Shown here in pieces: positions 13,333-26,341 of a stretch of DNA of 64,000 nt. The notes beneath the pieces were generated by a model. That model had not been told where the DNA came from. It did not search any database and saw only the letters and a list, made by a program, of their open reading frames with translations. The stretch spans positions 58,962,001 through 59,026,000 of the forward strand of contig OX597830.1 in the NCBI GenBank assembly GCA_951406725.2, in the 5' to 3' direction. This DNA comes from Octopus vulgaris. Its lineage: Eukaryota. Numbering within the stretch: position 1 is the stretch's first letter; the number at the start of each line of letters is the position of its first letter. Made by a program: the position numbers and the translations under genes.

Positions 13333-16300
13333 TATTTTATTAGCCACATGTACACACATAAAATAACATTAGAAGACATGCAACAACATAAAAGACAAAA
13401 ACAGGACGATACAATGGGTATTACAGCGTGTAAACAATATATATAAGAATTAAAATTAAACAAATTCAAAACTCCCAAAAAGGGAGGCGCTTTAAGGACC
13501 TCGTGGAAAAACCCACGAAATCCACGGGTGCCCGATCAATAAGGGCAAAAGCCCTTCTCCTTTAATTTTTTACAGGTGTACGCTCAGAATTGGTTCTTTC
13601 ACACTGGTCATTCTTCTAATATTCACCCACCTTTCAACAAACAAGACAACACTTCCCTCTCCCCACCTCAACTTCCTTTTCAATTGAAACTTGAAAAAGT
13701 AGATGAGGGCTTGGCTAAACAGGAAAGTGTCTGTCTTTAGCCCTTTCAAACGGGTCCACCATGCCACCTCTTTCGCTACAGCTACTTGACAGATAAAAAT
13801 TGCCTGCCCCTCCCTGCCAAAAGAGGGCGGCGGGGCAATCTTCACAATGGATTTAGCTGATAGCCGGATCCGTGCTACACGCGACAGCAGCTGTTCCACA
13901 TAAATCCATGGGTCAGAAATACTCGGGAACTAGACCAGGGCGTGCAGAACGGTTTCATCGTTCTGGGCGCTTCTCGGACAGGCCCGACTGACGGCTCTTC
14001 TGTACCTCGATATCTCTGCCAGGCAAGGGATTTCAGGAAGTTATCTGTAGGTCCAGGCCCGAAAGTTCTCCAAAACAGACCGGTTAGTTGACGCCCAGAA
14101 TTTCTCCTAGAACGTCGTCGCACTTTCCCTCCACTAGCCCTCTATAGAATGCCAAGTACCCCCCCCCCCCTCGGTTTACGCCTAATCCAGGTTTGCAGCT
14201 CAGTCAAAGAGAGGAGCAAACCAGTCTCCGAGCAATTTAACGGGACCGTCTGTCCAGCGCCCCACGATGCTATTGAACGGCATGGACTCGCCTCTCCAGG
14301 TGCCGAGTTGCAAACCCACTGACTTTTCAGCGTTAATTTTTGCCCCTGTCACCGCCTCTTATTCTTGTTGTGTTTCGCCAATCACGTCTATATGCCTGTG
14401 GCTCGACACTATGATGGTGACACCATCAGCGTAAGCAGACACACTTCTACATCTTAGATCACGCGGGACATCCCTCAAAACCTCCAACTTCCGCAGTAAT
14501 GGCTCAAAAGTCAGTATATACAGAAGGGAGGAGAGAGGGCACTCTTGACAGACCGAACGCACGATGCTGAATGGCTCCGACAGGTGACCATTCACCCGAA
14601 CAACCGAGCAGATGCTGCTGTATAAAGCAGCGACCCAACCGCGGAAAACTGGACCAAAACCGGCTGCTTTGAGGACAGCTGCCAAGTATTGATGGTCGAC
14701 CCTGCCAAAGGCTTTTGATTGATCTAAATTAATCAGAGCCCCACTCATGCCAGCTTCGTTACCCACTCTCTCTAGGATGTAGTGTATAAGATGGAGGTTA
14801 TCGTGAATAGTCGTGATTGGGATGGCGTATGTTTGCGCTTCGCCAACCAGCTTGTCCACGACAAGCGCCAACCTCTTGGCTAACTCTTCGGCCAAAATCA
14901 CTTTAGCAGAGCGATGGGCCTGAAATTTTCTATCACGTTCCTATTGTTTGGGTCCTTTCTAAATTTAGGATGGAGAAGAGCTCTACTTACCACTGTTGTC
15001 TGGCAGGAGTGTCCCCTGGTCTTTGTTGTGGATTTTCCACGAGGTTTTTATACAATCTCTTGGAGAATGTTTTTTCGAATGACCCAACAGCATTTTTAAT
15101 TTTTAATGTGTTGTAGGTATCCTGTTTTAGTTTTAAAATTTGTATGTTTGTTGGTGATGGTGGTGGTGCATTGTGTGTTGGGAAGACAAAGTCTTCCATA
15201 GTGGTGTCTATGTTTTCTCTAATGTATGTAACAAGGTGCGTATTGTCGGTGTCGATGACTGGAGGTTGGTGGTGTTCGTGTCGTGTATTGTGTTGGTGTT
15301 TGAGGTGGTAGTACCGATGGAGGTGTTGTTGTTACTGGTTGCTCTGTGTGTGTGTGTGTTGCTGCTTTTGGGAAGTTCCTCCTATTAGCACGCCTCTCCC
15401 TCTTTTCTTCTACTGTCTTTTTTTTTCTCTTTTTTTAGATGGTACTGTTTGCCACTCTCCCTTCTCGATCTCAGTACTCGAACAGTCCGAGTTGTTTTAG
15501 TCGGGAAGCGGGGTTTTCTCTGGCTCTTCGTTTTGCTGGGGTTCATTTGTTGCTGGTGCTACTGCTACTGTTGCTGTTGGTGGTGGTGATACTGCTGCTG
15601 GTGGTACTGGTACTCCGACTGGTGGTAGTGATGTTACTGCTAATGGTGGTAGTGATACTCCGGCAGGTGATGGTGGTGCTGCTCCGACTGGTAGTGGTAC
15701 TCCGGCTGATACTGGTAGTCTGGCTAGTGGTGGTGGTACTCCGGCTGGTGTTTTTGTTGTTGATGTTGGTGTTGGTGGTACGCTGGCGACGGCTGGAGAC
15801 GACGTCGCTGTTGCTGTTGCTGGTGGTGATGGGGTTGGTTTCGGCTGTTACTGTTGCTGCACTGGAGGTGACCCCGTTTTTGCTGTCGCTTGTAGTTTCT
15901 GATGTCGTTCCGACGTATCTCATTGTATTTGGGACAGTCGACCTTAAGGTGCTGATCACTTTCACAAAAGTAGCATCTTGGCCTCCTACCCACCAAGGTC
16001 ACGTGTAGTCTCGTGCCGTCCAGTAATTTCATAGAGTCAGGGATAGAATTTAGTGCTTCTTGTTCAATTTGAACGAGGAGCTCCAACCCCTGACCCGTCC
16101 AATTTTGTTGGTGCAATTTATGCACCTCCAATATTGTGACAGTATCCTCTTTATCAAAGAGGACAGCTGCCACCAACCAACATATATTTAATTCTGGGGG
16201 TACCTCCCGAATTTTTATTCTTGTAACGCGCCGACCTAACTATGTCGGCACGAGCAGGAATTCTTCAGTTTTTAGTGGCACAGTGGATCTGTTGCAAAAC

Positions 16301-17018
16301 GCACTTCTACAGTGCCGAAGCGTCTTCCTCGCGTCACATAGGTCTTTTGTTTCCATATTGACTTTAAGATTCACTCCTGCTGTTGTTGAGTGTTCAACTC
16401 TTTTCTTTTTTTATGTTCAAAACTTTATGTTACGATTTTTTGCTTGTATCCCTTATTAAATTCTGTGGGGTATTAAGGAGGACATTATTCCCATCTTTCC
16501 TTAACAGTTCCTTTGCATCTTTTATCTCGTCTAAAGTAAAATTCTTTTTCCCTTTCGTTTGTTTCGCCGCAGAGGCGAAACCGTTGCCGCTAGGTTTGTC
16601 GTTGTACTTCTTGTTTGACTTTTCTTTTTCGTTCGTGTTATCGGTGTTGGCGGTGTTTTCTCGACTATTTTCTTCTTTTTCCATGAAAATGGTGGTGCTG
16701 GTGCTGTTAGTGGTGTTGGTATTCTTATTTGTGTATATCTTCGCTGTATTGGCCGTCAGAACAGCCGCTGCTATCCCACTCGACAGAGGAAGCCATCTTG
16801 TTTTTCGTCGAACGAAAAACAAAAAAGATATTTTTTTAAAGATCAACAGTCCAAAATTCTCCCCAAAAAGGGGGAACATTTTACAAAAGAACCCCTTCTG
16901 TACACCAAAAGAGGTTCAGAAAATAAAAACAGACAATCAAAACAGTCAAAAGTCTTCAAAAAGCCACAACAAAATCCCAACTTACGGAGCGCACAAAACA
17001 CGTCTTACCTCGCCGACA
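13333..17018 (-). mobile_element. Tx1/L1-clade LINE with 5'UTR, ORF1, internally deleted ORF2 and 3'UTR; pseudogenised
   Basis: ORF1 gag knuckle CYFCESDQHLKVDC (CX2CX4HX4C, ~15935-15980); RT motifs NFRPIALL, LDQSKAFGRVDH, VCQECPLS, AYADG (14359-14950); degenerate C-terminal finger CPRS..ETVLHAL; no endonuclease seen; AATAAA-type tail into a trinucleotide tract. Confidence 0.88.
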
Positions 17019-17053
17019 ACAACAACAGCAACAACAACAACAATAATAATAAT

Positions 17054-19500
17054 ACCTCCAAAGTGGTATAGTGGAAGAGATGGACAATTTTTCGCAAGAA
17101 TATGATACCGTGAATTCTGAAAAAATTGGGATCTTTGATTACTCAAACAATAAAGACCCATTAATAATAAACAGAATTTTGGGTCTATTAAATACGGAAG
17201 GGACATAATTTATGTGCGGCATAAAGAAGGCCAACCAATGGAAATTAAATCAAGAGATGACAAAGTCAATATTTTTCTGAGACACATTGAAACAAAGAAC
17301 ATCACAAAAACAAATAATCTTTTCAAGGCAACTAGTAGGATTGTGGCAGAAAGGATGGGATTGAGAACTACTGAGAATAGAACAGCGACGGATAGAAGAG
17401 GAAATAAACAACCGTGATAGAAAAGAAGAAATTCCGAAGATAAAAACTCCTTGAACAGTGTAATGTCAATACTTGTCAGGAAAAGACATGGAGAATTTAA
17501 GAATGAATGGAAATTCGAAAAAGTTAGGAAGCAGCGCATAATGCAAAACAAGCAAAGCTAACCAGGTTTGAACCACGGATTGAGCAATACCGGCAAAACA
17601 AATTGTTTAGAACCGACCAAAAAAGATTTAACCAAGAAATTAATGGGGATAAAAAACATGCAAGATTAGTTCCTGATGTTGATGAAATTCGTCTTTTAAG
17701 GGGTAAGATATGGCGTGAGCACGAACGACATAATACTACAAATGAATGGCTCTGTAGTCTGAAGAAAACAACTTATTATCCCCAGCAATCCAGCGATCCA
17801 GTATCAGAAATATGAGTAAAAAGATAAGCAATTGGAAAGCAGCAGGACCTGATGGTGTACAGGGATTTTGGATGAAAAAAAAGTTCAGTAGTTGCCATAA
17901 ATTGATCGCAGAGCAATTTAATGCATTGATCAATGGAAAAGAAGAGATCCCTGGCTGGTTGACAAAAGGACGAATGGTGTTGTGCCTGAAGGATGAATCA
18001 AAGGGAAATGCTGCTGACCGATTTCCTGCCTCCCATTAATGTGGAAGTTACTGTCAGGAGAAATTTCAGAAGAACTATAAATTTCTTGATGAGAACGATA
18101 TATTACCGCCGGATCAAAAAGGCTGTAGAAAGAGATGCAGAGGTACCAAATATGCGCTATTGATAGATAAAATGGTAATGCAAGATTGTAAACGAAGGAG
18201 AACAAATCTAGGAATGGCCTGGATTGACTATTGCAAAGCTTATGATATGATTCCACATTCGTGGATGATGGAGTGCTTAGATCTGTTTGGAATTGCGAGG
18301 AATGTAACGTGTTTTTTGAAGAGAAATATGATTGGATGGAAAACTGAACAGACATCTTACGGAAAATGCTTGGGCACCCTAGGTATCAGAAGAGGGATTT
18401 TTCAGGGTGATAACCCTATTTCCGTTGCCTTTTGTTCTCTGGATGATACCCCTGATCTTGGAAAATGAACCTGGGGTGCCAACTAAAGGAAAAATCCCAA
18501 TCAATTAACCACCTCCTCTCCATGGATGATTTGAAATTGTATGGCAAATATGAGGCACAAGTGAGTGCCTTGGTGAATACGCTCCACTGTTTTAGTACTG
18601 ATATTAGAATGGAATATATACATAAAATGGCGTGGAGCCATTCTTGAAACACACGAAGAAGGCCGGCATTATCAAAACTGAAAATTGTGCAACGGAAGAA
18701 AAATTTAAACAAAAAATGAACAAAAAGAAAAAGCATGGAAGGAAAAGAGAATATACGGTCATTTTAAACGCCAAGACATATACACAGGACCGGTAGATAT
18801 GGATGAAGAGAAGTGACCTGAAGATAGAGACAGAAGTACTCATATGCGCAGCTCAGGAACAATCGTTAAGGACCAACTATATGAAATGCAGAATAGACAG
18901 CACTACCGATAGCGACAAATGCAGAATGGGTGGTGAGAAGGGTAAAACGGTATGGCACATCGATAGCGAATGCCCGAAATTGGCACAGCGCGAATACAAA
19001 AGACGCCATGACAATGTGACAAGAATGATACATTGGGAACTGTGCTGCTTTTCCGAAAGGGTCTGTAGAAATCACGCCCTAAAAAGAGCAAAAACGTGGT
19101 ATGAGCAAACTCCAGAAAGAGTAACCGAAAATGAGAACTGCAGAATCCTGTGGAATGCAATGATCCAGTACGATCAGCTGACCAGACATCGGAAACTGGA
19201 CAGTGTCGTGATGAATAAAAAAGGAAGAACTTATCTGATGATCAACATAGCATGCCTCTGTGATAACAGGATCTACAGCGATTTAAAGTGGAAAATACGA
19301 AGTATTAGCACATGGCTGAAAAAGATTGGTGTAAGTGTGAAGGTAGAACACCCACAAAAACCAGCATTGCTTGGAACTGTAAGAATTCTTGGCAGGGTTC
19401 TTGAGGCATGACCAGTAAACAAGTGTCACCTTAGACTGTTGGTTGTGGACAGCTGACACTTTCCATCATACCCAGCAAAATAAACTGTAAGTTTTCATCA
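17054..19500 (+). mobile_element. R4/Dong-like LINE family A, longer degenerate copy with internal deletions
   Basis: [70 protein letters not shown]; 3'UTR matches 8960-9063. Confidence 0.9.
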
Positions 19501-19516
19501 AATAGTAATATTAATA

Positions 19517-19813
19517 ATGCGCCGCTGCTGCAACCCCAGGCAATGATTCTCATGGCTTCTGATCTTAACTGATTGGAAATGTTAACGTGTACATGTTTTG
19601 CCTTGGTGTAAAAGATGAGCTGCAGCAACTATTCTGGCCAAACCGCAGATTTTCTTGTCAGTTGCTTGAACTTAACCAGTTGAGCATGATCCTTATTAGC
19701 TGACGATACGTGCACCTCTGATTACAAGCAGCAGTGGGGGAGCATCATAGCCATGTGTTGAGAGGAATTCTTTGGAGTTTGAATAATTCGCCCAGAAAAT
19801 ATGGGTGTTCCGT
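19517..19813. mobile_element. Element X, copy 4 (diverged, right end truncated)
   Basis: ctgctgcaaccccaggcaatgattctcatggcttctgatcttaactgattgg aligns with the start of copies 2 and 3. Confidence 0.75.
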
Positions 19814-20062
19814 TCTCGCTAATTGTTTCATAAATAAAACTAAGAATAGAACAAAAGCAAACACTTCTTCTGAATGAAATGACTTTTTACATAATATTTA
19901 TATTCTATGAATCTTGAAATTTGTGTTTTAATATCTACAGACATTCATGGCAATGTAGAATACATCTCCAAATATTTACGTAAAGTCACGTGTCAGTCAT
20001 TGCTAATATTTAAATATTAATATGCCTAGCTACCTATCACTTCAAGTAGTTAATAATAAATA

Positions 20063-20840
20063 TTCTTTTCTACTCGAGGCATAAGGCCCAACATTTTTGG
20101 GGAGGGGGGCCAGACGATTAGATCGACCCCAGTACGCAACTGGTACTTAAATTATCGACCTCGAAAGGATGAAAAGCCAAGTCGACCTCGGCGGAATTTG
20201 AACTCAGAACATAAAGACAGACGAAATACCTATTTCTTTACTACCCACAAGGGGCTACACACAGAGAGGACAAACAAGGACAGACAAACGGATTAAGTCG
20301 ATTATATCGACCCCAGTTGGTAACTGGTACTTAATTTATCGACCCCGGAAGGATGAAAGGCAAAGTCGACCTCCGCAGAATTTGAACTCAGAACGCAACA
20401 GCAGAAGAAATACCTATTTCTCTTCTGCCCACAAGGGGCTACACACGGAGGGGACAAACAAGGACAGACAAACGGATTAAGTCGATTATATCGACCCCAG
20501 TGCGCAACTGGTACTTATTTACTCAACCCCGAAAGGATGAAAGGCAAAGTCGACCTCGGCGGAATTTAAACTCAGAACGTAACGGCAGACGAAACTACGA
20601 ATTTCGCCCGGCGTGCTAACGTTTCTGCCAGCTCGCCGCCTTCTAAACATAGAGGGGACAAACAAAGGGATTAAGTCGATTACATCGAACCAGTACGCAA
20701 CTGATATTTATTCAATGGACCCCGAAAGGATGAAAAGCAAAGTCGACCTCGGCGGAATTTGAACTCTGAACGTAACGGCAGACGATATAGGGCTACGCAT
20801 TTCGCCCGGCGTGCTAACGGTTCTGCCAGCTCGCCGCCTT
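20063..20840 (-). mobile_element. Four tandem SINE family A units (composite SINE)
   Basis: Core gaaaggatgaaa..aagtcgacctc repeated four times; junction gaaatacctatttc..cccacaaggggcta occurs twice. Confidence 0.88.
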
Positions 20841-21555
20841 ATACAAATTTCAATATTGATATTATCTTTCCACAACTGACGTACCAATACCATCCCGCAT
20901 TTAGAGTGCAGTTTCAGGGAGCGAAAGATCAGGATCGATTCCAAATTATTCCTTAAGTGAGAACTGACAAGGTTTAAAACGTGACAATTTCTGAAATCTG
21001 AGCGACAGTTATTTTTTCATTGGCTATCTTCTCCATTTATTGGCTAGCATTGTAGTCCATTGTTAAGCCGTGCTGACTGACACTCTCGTGCCATGCTCTC
21101 GCACTGTCCGTCACTGCTTGCTAATGAGGCTGCCTGCTACCCGGACGGATGATCGGTACTGACCATTTCGTCATTGTGCCGACGCCTTGGCGCTAGAAGC
21201 AGAAACTCCAACAACACCTATGTCAACAGCCAGCTTATCACTGAGCCTGCATGCATGCTAGCATATTCGACTGGTGTCGCAGCTGTCGTGCAAGAAAAGA
21301 CGCCATTATCGGCCATACAATCACACATCTAACTACAGCGGACGTTAGCCTCTCAGTTGCAGACGGATGACTAATTGAATGTATTTTATTCTCCCAGACA
21401 GATAAACAGACAGATATATCTATAACTATATGGAGACACAGACTCCCAAATAAAAGACAGTCTGGCAGACACGTGGGTATTCATTGACGGGCAGTCTAGA
21501 AGGCATGTTGGACAGACAAATGTACCAGCACATAAGGAGATAGTCAAGCGCGCGT

Positions 21556-21611
<56 letters not shown>

Positions 21612-21809
21612 ACACGCAGATGCATACATTTATGCACACTCGCACATGCACACATATCTGTAAGGGGTAAGACGTTGTTATATACGATACCGTATGAATG
21701 TGTTAATATGAAATCATGCCTCATTGAATATTTATATACAAATATACACACATACAATTACAGATAAATACGCTCATACAAATGCCCTTTTACTCACACA
21801 CACGCACGC

Positions 21810-21899
<90 letters not shown>

Positions 21900-22357
21900 T
21901 TACATATTCAAACATTCAAAGGTGTGTACTTAAACCAGTGATGGAAGTGAGGGTGGGTGGGTATCTTGCGTCTACGTAGGAGAGGGTTGACGGCGTTCCT
22001 CTACTTTTCGGTTCACGTTGTGGGGTAGTTTTCACAGCGTCTGTTTCTCACGCTTCCCAACGTCAACCTCTTGGACCTTAGCCTACTCCTACTTCCTAAT
22101 GGCCATCCCATTCATATATGTATATGCATATTTTGAAATAGTCACACACACACACACACAAACACACACATGGGAACATGCATACGCAATCATTATCATA
22201 TAGAACAAAAACTAAATGAACAATATACACACATATATAAACACACGCACATACTATATACACACGTTTCTCTTCAAGGACACATGCTTACATCGATATG
22301 CACATGTACGTACTTGCACACTTCCATTCATACATGTACATATGTATACATACATGC

Positions 22358-22504
<147 letters not shown>

Positions 22505-22517
22505 CACATGCATATAT

Positions 22518-22789
22518 GGGTACAGGACGTCACCAACAAAACCAAATTAGTTCAAAACGCAACGAACGAGAGAAACAAATGGAAAACAGGACAAGTAACA
22601 TAAAGAACGACCTTTCATCAGTTGTTGGCTGTCAATCTACTCCTCATTTCGAGAGACAGCCGACAGCTGATGAAGGGTCGCTCTGTATGTTACTTGTCCT
22701 GTTTTCCATTTGTTTCTCTCGTTGTTTGCGTTTTGAACTCCTTTGTTTTCGCATTTCATGTTGTTTACTGTTGGTGACGTTCTGTACCC
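22518..22789. mobile_element. Foldback (near-palindromic) element inserted in (AT)n
   Basis: gggtacaggacgtcaccaaca...ggctgtc / 21-nt loop 22634-22654 / gacagcc...tgttggtgacgttctgtaccc; flanked by atatat on both sides. Confidence 0.8.
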
Positions 22790-22800
22790 ATATATATATT

Positions 22801-23178
22801 CTCTTTACTTGTTTCAGTCATTTGACTGCGGCCATGCAGTCGACCCCGGGACTTATTCTTTGTAAGCCCAGTACTTATTCTATCGGTCTCTTTTGCCGAA
22901 CCGCTAGGTGACGGGGACGTAAACACACCAGCATCGGTTGTCAAGCAATGCTAGGGGAACAAACACAGACACACAAACATATACACACACACTTATATAT
23001 ATATATACATATATACAACAGGCTTCTTTCAGTTTCCGCCTACCAAATCCACTCACAAGGCATTGGTCGGCCCGGGGCTATAGCAGAAGACACTTGCCCA
23101 AGATGCCACGCAGTGGGACTGAACCCGGAACCATGTGGTAGGTTAGCAAGCTACTTAGCACACAGCCACTCCTGCGCC
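22801..23178 (-). mobile_element. SINE family B, near full-length
   Basis: Reverse complement of 6155-6552, ending cacagccactcctgcgcc. Confidence 0.88.
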
Positions 23179-23236
23179 TATATATATAATTTATATTATT
23201 ATTTGATTGAACCCCAAGCATCCATTTTCAAGTAAG

Positions 23237-23332
<96 letters not shown>

Positions 23333-23388
23333 AGCACATACATATATACTTGCCGCGAAGAAAAATCAATTACACACAAAATATAATT

Positions 23389-23722
23389 ATTCTTTTCTAC
23401 TATAAGCAGAAGGCCTGAAATTTGGGGGAGGGTGATAGTCAATTTCATCTACCCCAGTGCGTAACTGGTACTTATTTCATCGACCCCGAAAGGATGAAAA
23501 GCAAAGTCGACCTCAACGGATTTTGAACTCAGAACGTAGCGACGGGCGAAATACCTATTTCTTTACTACCCACAAGGGGCTAAACACAGAAGAGACAAAC
23601 AACGACAGACAAACGGTTTAAATCGATTATATCGACTCCAGTGGGTAACTGGTACTTATTTAATCGACCCCGAAAGGATGAAAGGCAAAGTCGACCTCGG
23701 CGGAATTTGAACTCAGAACGCC
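23389..23722 (-). mobile_element. Dimeric SINE family A
   Basis: Same unit junction as in 20063-20840. Confidence 0.85.
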
Positions 23723-23807
23723 AGGCGTGCTATTTGTCATCTTCTGAGCATTTTTACAAAGTTTGTAAATTTGGACAGGGATTGGATCGACAAGGGAACC
23801 TTCGCCT

Positions 23808-23848
<41 letters not shown>

Positions 23849-24330
23849 AACACACACATACAGACAAACACACCCGTACAAACACATACAAACACACACA
23901 AATACACAAACACGAACACACTCACATACAAACACACACACAAACATAAACACATACATACACACAAACAGACACAAACACACACATGGAAACAAACACA
24001 CACACATACAAACACGCACACACAAACACACACACATATAAACAAATACACACACACGAACACACACATAGAAATAAAACACGCGCATACACACACACAC
24101 AAACATACACACACCTCTTGTGCGCAACACATAGCACAAAGTGAGATACACACACGCATACACACACCTTCCTTTCAGTCAGCCTTCTCCCTCACTCCCT
24201 CCCTCCCTCCCTCTCTGTCTCTGTCTCTCTCTCACACACACACATACACATAGACAGACACCTAGCATACCTACATAAGCTCTCTCACAGACGCGTTCAT
24301 ATAAACACACACACACACACACACATATGT
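23808..24330. repeat. Degenerate (CA)n-rich low-complexity tract
   Basis: Direct reading. Confidence 0.9.
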
Positions 24331-24359
24331 ATTTATACATATGCATGTTATATATATAT

Positions 24360-24555
24360 TTCTTTACTACCCACAAGGGGCTAAACATAGAGGGGACAAA
24401 CAAGGACAGACAAAGGGATTGAGTCGATTATATCGACCCAGTGAGAAACTGGTACTTTTCGACCTCGGCGGAATTTGAACTCAGAACGTAACGACAGACG
24501 AAATACGGCTACGCATTTCGCCCGGCGCGCTAACGTTTCTGCCAGCTCGCCGCCT
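24360..24555 (-). mobile_element. SINE family A with internal deletion
   Basis: ctacccacaaggggcta...gacctcggcggaatttgaactcagaacgta...gccagctcgccgcc. Confidence 0.85.
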
Positions 24556-24590
24556 CCTATGTGTATCTGTCTGGGTATTTATGAAATATC

Positions 24591-24943
24591 GTGGTACTCC
24601 GTCGGTTACGACGACGAGCGTTCCAGTCGATTCGATCAACGGAACAGCCTGCTCGTGAAATGAACGTGCAAGTGGCTGAGCACACCACAGACACGTGTAC
24701 CCTTAACGTAGTTCTCAGAGAGATTCAGCATGACACAGAGTGTGACAAGGCTGGTCCTTTGAAATACAGGTACAACAGAAACAGGAAGAGTGATAGAAAG
24801 TTGTGGTGAGAGAGTACAGCAGGGTTCGCCATGACCCCCTGCCGGAGCCTCGTGGAGCTTTAGGTGTTTTCACTCAATAAACATTCACAACGCCCGGTCT
24901 GGGAATCGAAACTGCGTTCCTATGACCACTGGGTCATTGCGCT
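24591..24943 (-). mobile_element. tRNA-derived SINE family C
   Basis: Minus-strand head gcgcaatgacccagtggtc...gtttcgattccc; ~190-bp tail shared with 47073-47255. Confidence 0.75.
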
Positions 24944-25058
24944 TCTATATGTATGTATGTATGTGTGTGTGTGTGTGTGTGTGTATGTGTGTGTGTGTTT
25001 TGTTTTGATTTGTTTCAGCTCAGAGCTGCGGCCATGCTGATGCACCGCCGTTATATAT

Positions 25059-25744
25059 ATACAAAATTTAGAGGACTGACCACTAAAAGTGGACAGCCTA
25101 TATGCTAAATATAGACGTCAAATCACCATTACCACGAAGAAAAATCTCAGCAAAAAACCACAATGCAAAAATAAGCAAGACAAATGAAAATATACGAAAT
25201 AAAAAAACCATTACCTTTGTGTTATTGGTTTCACTTGTTAATATTTACGTATATGGACACACAAATATCTGCAAGATCATCAGCATAGTCTGTCGTTTAC
25301 AAAACACAATTTCCAGAACTAGACACAGAATGCTCAACCGAAATCCAGTATGTATAAAGTTCTACATTTTATATTAAGGTGTATCTTTCAAATGCCTTCA
25401 CTTTGGCGCGCTGAGATCGGAAACTACTCTGCAGTTAATAAACTACAGCAGTCAATTTACCGGTTAGAGAACATTTTTTTTATTTAAAATTAAATAAGGG
25501 TAGAAATTGATATTAATCAATTAAAACCAGTGGCTTAGCATATTTTTAAAAATCCGAAGATTAAAATTTTTTTTTACATACAAAATCGAGAGGACAGACC
25601 ACTAAAAGTTGGCAGCCTATTTGCTAAATATAGACGTCAGATCGCCATTACCACGAAGAAAATGTTCTAAAGTTTTAATCTTCGGATTTTTTAAAATACG
25701 CTAAGTCACTGCTTTTAATTGATTAATATCAATTTCTACTCTTA

Positions 25745-25752
<8 letters not shown>
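25059..25752. mobile_element. Element with direct repeat plus nested inverted repeat, in TA-rich context; possible Penelope-like remnant
   Basis: Direct repeats 25059-25143 and 25579-25663; inverted repeats ~25488-25570 and ~25668-25752. Confidence 0.55.
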
Positions 25753-25801
<49 letters not shown>

Positions 25802-25890
25802 ATATAAATAATTACATACATGGACAAGAACATGAAACACCACAGAGATATATATATGTATGTATGTATATGCATTTGCGTATATATATA

Positions 25891-26271
25891 TCTCTCTATA
25901 TATAAACGGCAGTTTGTCTGTCTGTGTGTTTCTGTGTGTCTGTTAGGTTGTACCCTCACCCTGACCACGGCTTTCAACCGATTCTGCTGAAACTTGACAC
26001 AACATAGCCCAATGTCATAATTCAAAACTAACGTAGCGAAAATTTTGAAAAGTTCCCCCAGTTCTGAAAAATTGATAAATTCGACATGGGGTCGAGAATC
26101 AGAAACACAAACCGCAAACTGTCTAGGGGACGCAACTCCACCTTTTTTCACTCTCAAAAAAATTTACCATCATTTTTTTCCATTTTTTTGCTATTTTTTG
26201 GCTATAACTCTCTAAAAATGCTTTATAGTTATTTCCCTTACAAACCTGAGCAACGCCGGGCGATACTGCTA

Positions 26272-26272
<1 letters not shown>
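25891..26272 (+). mobile_element. Non-autonomous Helitron
   Basis: A|TC 5' end, subterminal GC hairpin cctgagcaacgccggg (26245-26260), 3' CTAG|T, no TSD, internal (GTCT)-like tract near the 5' end. Confidence 0.82.

Positions 26273-26341
<69 letters not shown>

Noticed and set aside
15439-16008. Hydrophobic 189-aa plus-strand ORF as a membrane protein
   Set aside because: Antisense of the Thr/Ser-rich low-complexity part of the Tx1-like ORF1
22600-22690. CTGATGA in both arms of the foldback as a hammerhead
   Set aside because: No stem II followed by GAAA in any permutation I could pair
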